Shown here: positions 41,066 through 46,571 of the stretch, piece by piece
Position numbering within the stretch: position 1 is the first letter of the stretch
How the letters are laid out: every line of letters starts with the position of its first letter
Assembly: GCA_905331295.1 (NCBI GenBank)
Contig: CAJNYD010000343.1
Location: 1 to 46,571, forward strand
Length of the DNA stretch: 46,571 nucleotides
Source of the DNA: Rotaria socialis
Lineage: Eukaryota
Reading direction: 5' to 3'
Notes under the pieces: model-generated
Databases searched by the model: none
Told to the model about the DNA's origin: nothing
What the model saw: the letters and a program-made list of their open reading frames with translations, nothing else
Translations under genes and position numbers: made by a program

Positions 41066-42891
41066 GCTATTGTTGATATTTACTTTTAATTATCTGAAAT
41101 AGAAAATGATCATCTGGATTATATTATATAAACGATGTATACATACATGTCGTCGATTCAGATGTATCAATGTTATCCTTAGACACTATGTTATTTTTCA
41201 TCTTTTATAGTAACTAGTTAACTATTTTACCCAGTTCTTTTTTCTTATGGGAGAGAACAGGCTGATGGCCCATTGATTTTCCTATGATTCTTTTCTTTTT
41301 TTTCTCTATTTCTTAGCGTCTTCTCGACAAACAATAGGACTCAAAAGGAAAACTCATTTACACCTACTAACATATATTTAAGATTCCGCAACAAAAAAAG
41401 AGACATAATATAGCCAGAAAAAAAACGTTTTTTCGTCAAACGCTTGATATCTCGCACGATTGATTGCTTATTATAGATATCTTCACTAAAATCACGAATT
41501 TAATCTTATAAAGCAAAACGAAATGATTAAGATACTACCGAGTGAATCAACTTAACCAAGAGGTTATAGACATGAACCGATCTTTTTTAAAATTAGTTTC
41601 ATATACTAATCATGTAATTTATTTATCTTTTGAAATAAAAACATACTGTGTGTTTTTTTTTGTCTTTGTTGAAGTCGTATTTAGGCTGAAGGCGAAAGTC
41701 ATTCTCTAAAACATTATTCTATGATAACATTATAAGATAATCACCTTGTACTATAAAAACAACCACAACTGTATTCTAGTGACTTTTTAGTAGTTTGTAC
41801 TATGTTAATAATGTATATATTTTAATATATTGCGTTATTTCTTGAAACATACTCATGTCAATATAATTGACCTGCCATATATGTCAGTGTCTATCATCAT
41901 CAATTTTGGTAATTCTTTTTGTTTTGACAACGCTAAAAAATATGTTTATACGGTCAATAACAAAAGAAAAAAAGAAGCGAATATGTCATCTACACTAATC
42001 AAAATAAAAGATGTTTATCTGTGTATCAACTCAAAAGAATATCAATGCTATACTTTTCCTACTTCGATTAAATGTAGTATGAGAAAACTTTCATGATAAT
42101 CAGAAGAAAAAGAGTTCATTTTTATTCTTTTGAAAAAAAAACTTTCTTTTAAAAAAAAAGGAAATGACAACTTCATTTTTCACATATAAACATAAAAGTC
42201 TATTTAAGTAAAAGAGAAGATATGAGCATATAATATATCATGCATGTCTCTTCGGCAAGAATAATAAGAATCAAGTTGATGCGTTTCGATTTAGTTTTAC
42301 TGTTCTCTAGTGTTCACAGCTACGCATATGTTGATGAGAAAGTGTTTTAATAATAGATATAAAGACATTAATAATATGTACGTATGTGGGCTAAGCATTG
42401 AAAAGAGAACACTGAAGAATCGCATTCAATTAATCTATTTAATTAAATCACTGTCTACGTGCAGATAATAATATCAAATATATTTAATAACGAAATATAG
42501 TTCTTGCTAATAAATACATTTGTCAGGTTGAATTAATTAGATGAGAAAGCTCAGATGAAAATTGTTTGCATTTTTAAGATTTTCTTCTGTCAATTTTAAG
42601 CTCAAGTACAATAATAAAATTAATTTTTATATTCACTTTTTAAATATTTATCTTAAACAATAATTTATATGCAACTCTCATCAAAATACTTTTATGTCTT
42701 TATATTAAAACAGTGATCTAATAATTGCATCCTACTTATTCATTGTTATTCAGTCGCTTCCTGTTAGATTTTCATTCTTTTTCACTAATTATTCAAAATC
42801 TATCCTTTTACAAAATATTCTGTTTACTATAGCTTTCAGACATTGCTGATTTATCATAAGCATATAAATCGCATCTCATTATACATATATA

Positions 42892-43041
42892 TGTTGTAGG
42901 ACAGATTAAAATCCAGTTCAGATTAAAATAATTTTGATCTGAAGTAGTTCACTTTAAAATTCAACAAAGAAGATTTTAAAGTGAACTAGTTCAGATCAAA
43001 ATTATTTTAATCTGAACTGGATTTTAATCTGCCCTGCGACA
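42892..43041. mobile_element. 150-bp hairpin MITE inserted in a (TA)n tract
   Basis: 69-bp arms (42892-42960, 42973-43041) with few mismatches, 12-nt loop, TA runs on both sides. Confidence 0.88.
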
Positions 43042-43227
43042 TATATATATATATATGCGTGTCTGTGTACATTACGTCCCTAGTGGCATTACCACCAGCG
43101 AACATTTCAAAATTAATTAAATGAAATTCATTTAAACAGTTAAATTTGATGAATGTTCTAGCAGTGAAAAATTGTCAGAAACTCTTAGAAAAGCAATTTT
43201 ACATTTGTCTTTACTAGTGTTATCATA

Positions 43228-43870
43228 TACGTGGGTTATTCTGAAAGTTTTTAGATTCTTTATTAAATTAAGAGATATCTAAGGCTTTGGCAGTTGTGGT
43301 AATAGGCCCAAGTCTTAGAAGAAAGTATACAAAGTTTTAGCTCTTAGACATTTTTCCTTTCGTTGTTTTGTAGATTAAGTGATACACTACTGACATCTTT
43401 ATTTTGCATCGTCATGAATCTAACAAGAAATCAAATTCGAATTAGGATTTGTTATGATTAAAAAAAACAATTATCACAAGAGGAATGTCTTGAATCATTA
43501 CACAGAACCTTTGGTGACTCTTGTGTTTCTCGTGCCATAGTCTACAATTGGTTTGCTGAATTCAGTCGTAGCAGGGATCACTTTGAAGATGAACCTCGTG
43601 TTGGTCGACCAAGAACTGCAATCACTCTAGAAAACATCGAAGCTGTTCCGGAACTGGTAAAATTAAAGAGCAACCTGGTGATAAAAACTTGCAGGATATT
43701 AATGAACTTCATGATGCTGTCAGAACACATATAGGCTCTCTTCAAAAAAGATGATTTCTATCAATGTTATGAAAAGTGGTTCGAAAGAATGAATAGCTGC
43801 ATTAGTGCACAAAGACATTACTTCGAACAAATATAATAAAATTCTTTCAAACTAAGCTAACAGTATTGCA
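43228..43870 (+). mobile_element. Internally deleted, defective mariner transposon
   Basis: TA-preceded TACGTGGGTTATTCTGAAAGT end; from ATG 43414 ...TFGDSCVSRAIVYNWFAEFSRSRDHFEDEPRVGRPRTA (mariner HTH, early stop) joined to C-terminal ...KWFERMNSCISAQRHYFEQI* (43836); right end lost at N 43871. Confidence 0.9.
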
Positions 43871-43882
43871 NACTGACCCAGG

Positions 43883-43923
<41 letters not shown>

Positions 43924-43972
43924 TAGTTTAAGAAGAAAAATAAATTTTATCTGGTATCTGCACACAAACTAT

Positions 43973-44990
43973 CACTATAGTCGACGATCTTGACTTCGAT
44001 CTGTCCAGTAGTGTCAAACTTGAAACTTGAATTCAGTTGAAAATAGAAAATTTCAACTTTCAACTTTCAACTCATAGTGATATATGTATGAGTCACGATT
44101 CTTCAGAATGCTATTGGTTTAAAAGTTGAAAACTGAAAATTGAAATTTTCAATTGAATTCAAGTTTCAAGTTTGACATATATGGATCTGTCCAGATTCTT
44201 GTTTTTCTTGAATACCAAACAAGATTCTTTGTAATCATAATATTCAGGCAAGATTCTTCGGCACAGGAAAGAAACAAGATTCTTGCCTGTTATTCAAGAA
44301 AAACATAATCTTGTCTGATTGCTCAAATAAATAAGAATCAGGCAAGAATGGCAAGATATTCAAGATTTTTTGAAATTCAGACAAGAATCTTTTTTCTTTT
44401 TTTTTCAACGATTCTTATTATATCTTAAAGAAAAATATCACATGATCTTTTTGTGTATATATACTTATAAATATATAGAAGTTTGAAGAGCATATCTTTT
44501 TTTTCAAGATGACGCGGACGAACTATAACAGATATATGTTTTAAATAGACAGTTGTGTTCAAGTGTTTTTCGTTTCTTTTTTTTCTTAACTTTTTTTGTA
44601 TGCACTATGAGCTTATTGTATATTTCCTTGCACATGTAATGTACTTTTCTGGTATTTTTTTATATGAAATTAAAATATAGTAGGACCGAAAGGAGGCAAC
44701 CGTATGGATGCCTAAATGAAATTCATTTGTCGTGCAAGAATTTTTTCGAAAATGGCAAGAATTGTAAGAAAAAAAGAATCTTGCCAAAATGACAAAAAAC
44801 AAGGGTCATGCAAGAATTGCAAGAAAACAAGAATCAGACAAGAATGCAAGAACACAAGAATATTGCCAGAAAGACAAGATTTGTTTTTTCAGGCAAGAAT
44901 CTTATAAAGAAGGAATGACAAAAGAATTTTAGCTGATGTTCAAGAAAAACAAGAATCTGGACAGATCGAAGTCAAGATCGTCGACTAGTG
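43973..44990. mobile_element. CACTA-terminal non-autonomous element with CAAGAAT/ATTCTTG subterminal arrays
   Basis: With the nested insert removed, the left end matches the 52-bp right TIR (CACTAGTCGACGATCTTGACTTCGATCTGTCCAGATTCTTGTTTTTCTTGAA) apart from an extra TA; TSD unclear. Confidence 0.85.
44006..44183. mobile_element. Palindromic MITE, 178 bp, 8-bp TSD, nested in the left TIR of the CACTA element
   Basis: TGTCAAACTTGAAACTTGAATTCA mirrored at the right end; TSD GATCTGTC (43998-44005, 44184-44191). Confidence 0.9.
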
Positions 44991-45203
44991 TAATTTTCTG
45001 ACGTTAGTCAGTGTTTATTTTACTTTTCTTTAATATTACGTATTTGTATTGAAGATTGATATTATAGTACCATATAAACATATAAAATGTAAAAGTATAT
45101 GAATATTAGCATGTCCTTAAATGAGTGCTTTACTGAAAAAAACAAATGTTCTCATTTTAGATCAAATTATTTTTAATAATAGAAACTTGTGTTTTCACAC
45201 TAA

Positions 45204-45562
45204 CACAAGTGAATGAACCCGACAGCGAGCCCTATTAAATTTCATGGGATCCGACAAGTCGAAAAAATCCGATTAGATGCTTGATCGCGGATCTACTAAC
45301 GGATCCGACGGAAAAAATATATTTTCTTAATCACCAATGAATAAGCATATGGTGCCAACAGAACGCATGGGTCGAATGTTTATGTTGGATTCCGTTAAAT
45401 TACGACACTGGAACCAATCGGATTCCAACACTAGGGTTTCGATTGTAGGTCCTACACGCGAATACCAATAGGATTTCGTCGGTTTAATTAAATCCATACT
45501 ATATCCGATAAGATTCTGACATGAATCCGATAGGATCCCACTATCGGAATCATCCTCCTGGA
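45204..45562. mobile_element. Degenerate copy of the GGATCCGA-motif CCCAGG family
   Basis: CACAAGTGAATGAACCCGACAG aligns to CCCAGGTCGAGGAATCCGACAG (28146); many GGATCCGA motifs; ends CCTCCTGGA. Confidence 0.6.
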
Positions 45563-45680
45563 AGTACATACGTACACATTAAGAAATAAGAGAAAAGATA
45601 TTCATGAAGACAAATAACTCATTAATATTCAAGTAGATTTTGGTAATTGTGTTACGAAGTTTCTTGGGAAATAAAGAAAG

Positions 45681-45836
45681 TAGAGATGCACNNNNNNNNN
45701 GTGTCAACACACACCAGTATTGAGAGTTCCACTAACTAACACCTCCAATACTGGTGTGTGTTGACACCGATGACTCTGACAAATTAGAAATATTGGTACC
45801 CATACAACCAGTAATACTGGTACTGGTGCATCCCTA
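45681..45836. mobile_element. hAT-type MITE (TAG(A/G)GATGCAC), full-length palindromic copy with internal gap
   Basis: TAGAGATGCAC...GTGCATCCCTA; perfect TSD AAAGAAAG; interior nearly identical to 39051-39101. Confidence 0.9.
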
Positions 45837-46571
45837 AAAGAAAGTACAACTCCATCTCCGTTAACATATACAACTATATAAATACATATACAGCGACTAC
45901 CAAAACTATTCAACAAGTAAGCGGATTTGTTTTCTTTTGTGTATATTTCAAGAACTGTGTACGCTAGAATAGTTCTTTTTTGTCATATCATAGCTTCTAA
46001 ACAGTACTATATTCATGAGTAATTTCAGATCGATCTATCAATTTATAGATATTTTATGAGCCAAGTCATAAAAATATACTATTTTTTTTTCTTCCAAAAT
46101 TATCCAACAAGCTATCTTTTTGGGTCCCTGCGTGTTTATAATGATATGAAACTTTTGACATAAGATACCAGTCGAGAGAGCAAATTGTGCTCTATACATT
46201 GACTAGTTTCAATCCAAGACTTCATTGAGTATAGTCGAAAACCATAGGCGGGTACTTAAAACCAACAAAAAAGGCATAAACACCCGATTTTCTCCAATAA
46301 TATTTTATCCAGCGCCATGTTTAGTGTACCACCAGAAAGAGCATACAAAACTGAATAATATAAACAATTCAAAAAGTATCAGACCTTGATAAAAAAATGG
46401 GTTGGTCGATTCCAATATGCATCCAAAAATTATGTACAACTCGATATATTTTCTCGTTTCTGATTCCAGATAGGTACTAGTTCTTTTACAACATGCTTAA
46501 TTATGTACAGAATCATTTTCTCTAATAGACCTGCTACATTCAGAAAGAGAAACGAGGATCTTACCCGGTAA

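Overview
AT-rich eukaryotic (metazoan) scaffold with mostly ~50-70 nt spliceosomal introns and several assembly gaps. Gene content, intron size, the AGGNG-type NHL family and TGTGGG-like hexamers suggest a bdelloid rotifer (inference). Seven gene models were reconstructed by manual splicing, all on the minus strand: PSME3/PA28-gamma, an ICE2/NARG2 homologue, a GPI-anchored Ly6/uPAR protein, a TEX2-like SMP-domain protein, a small coiled-coil gene interrupted by a MITE, an NHL-repeat pseudogene and a class A peptide GPCR. Intergenic and intronic DNA holds about 18 non-autonomous DNA transposons: CCC-terminal elements with 2-bp TSDs, hAT- and P-like elements with 8-bp TSDs, a CACTA-ended element, a deleted mariner and foldbacks, several nested. 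I found no unambiguous novel multi-gene system. The best leads are a MITE read through in frame in a coding exon, two phase-compatible TEX2 last exons, the modular CCC-element families, inverted telomere-like hexamers, a microhomology deletion and a tight ICE2-PSME3 pair. Most short ORFs in the track are spurious or exon fragments.
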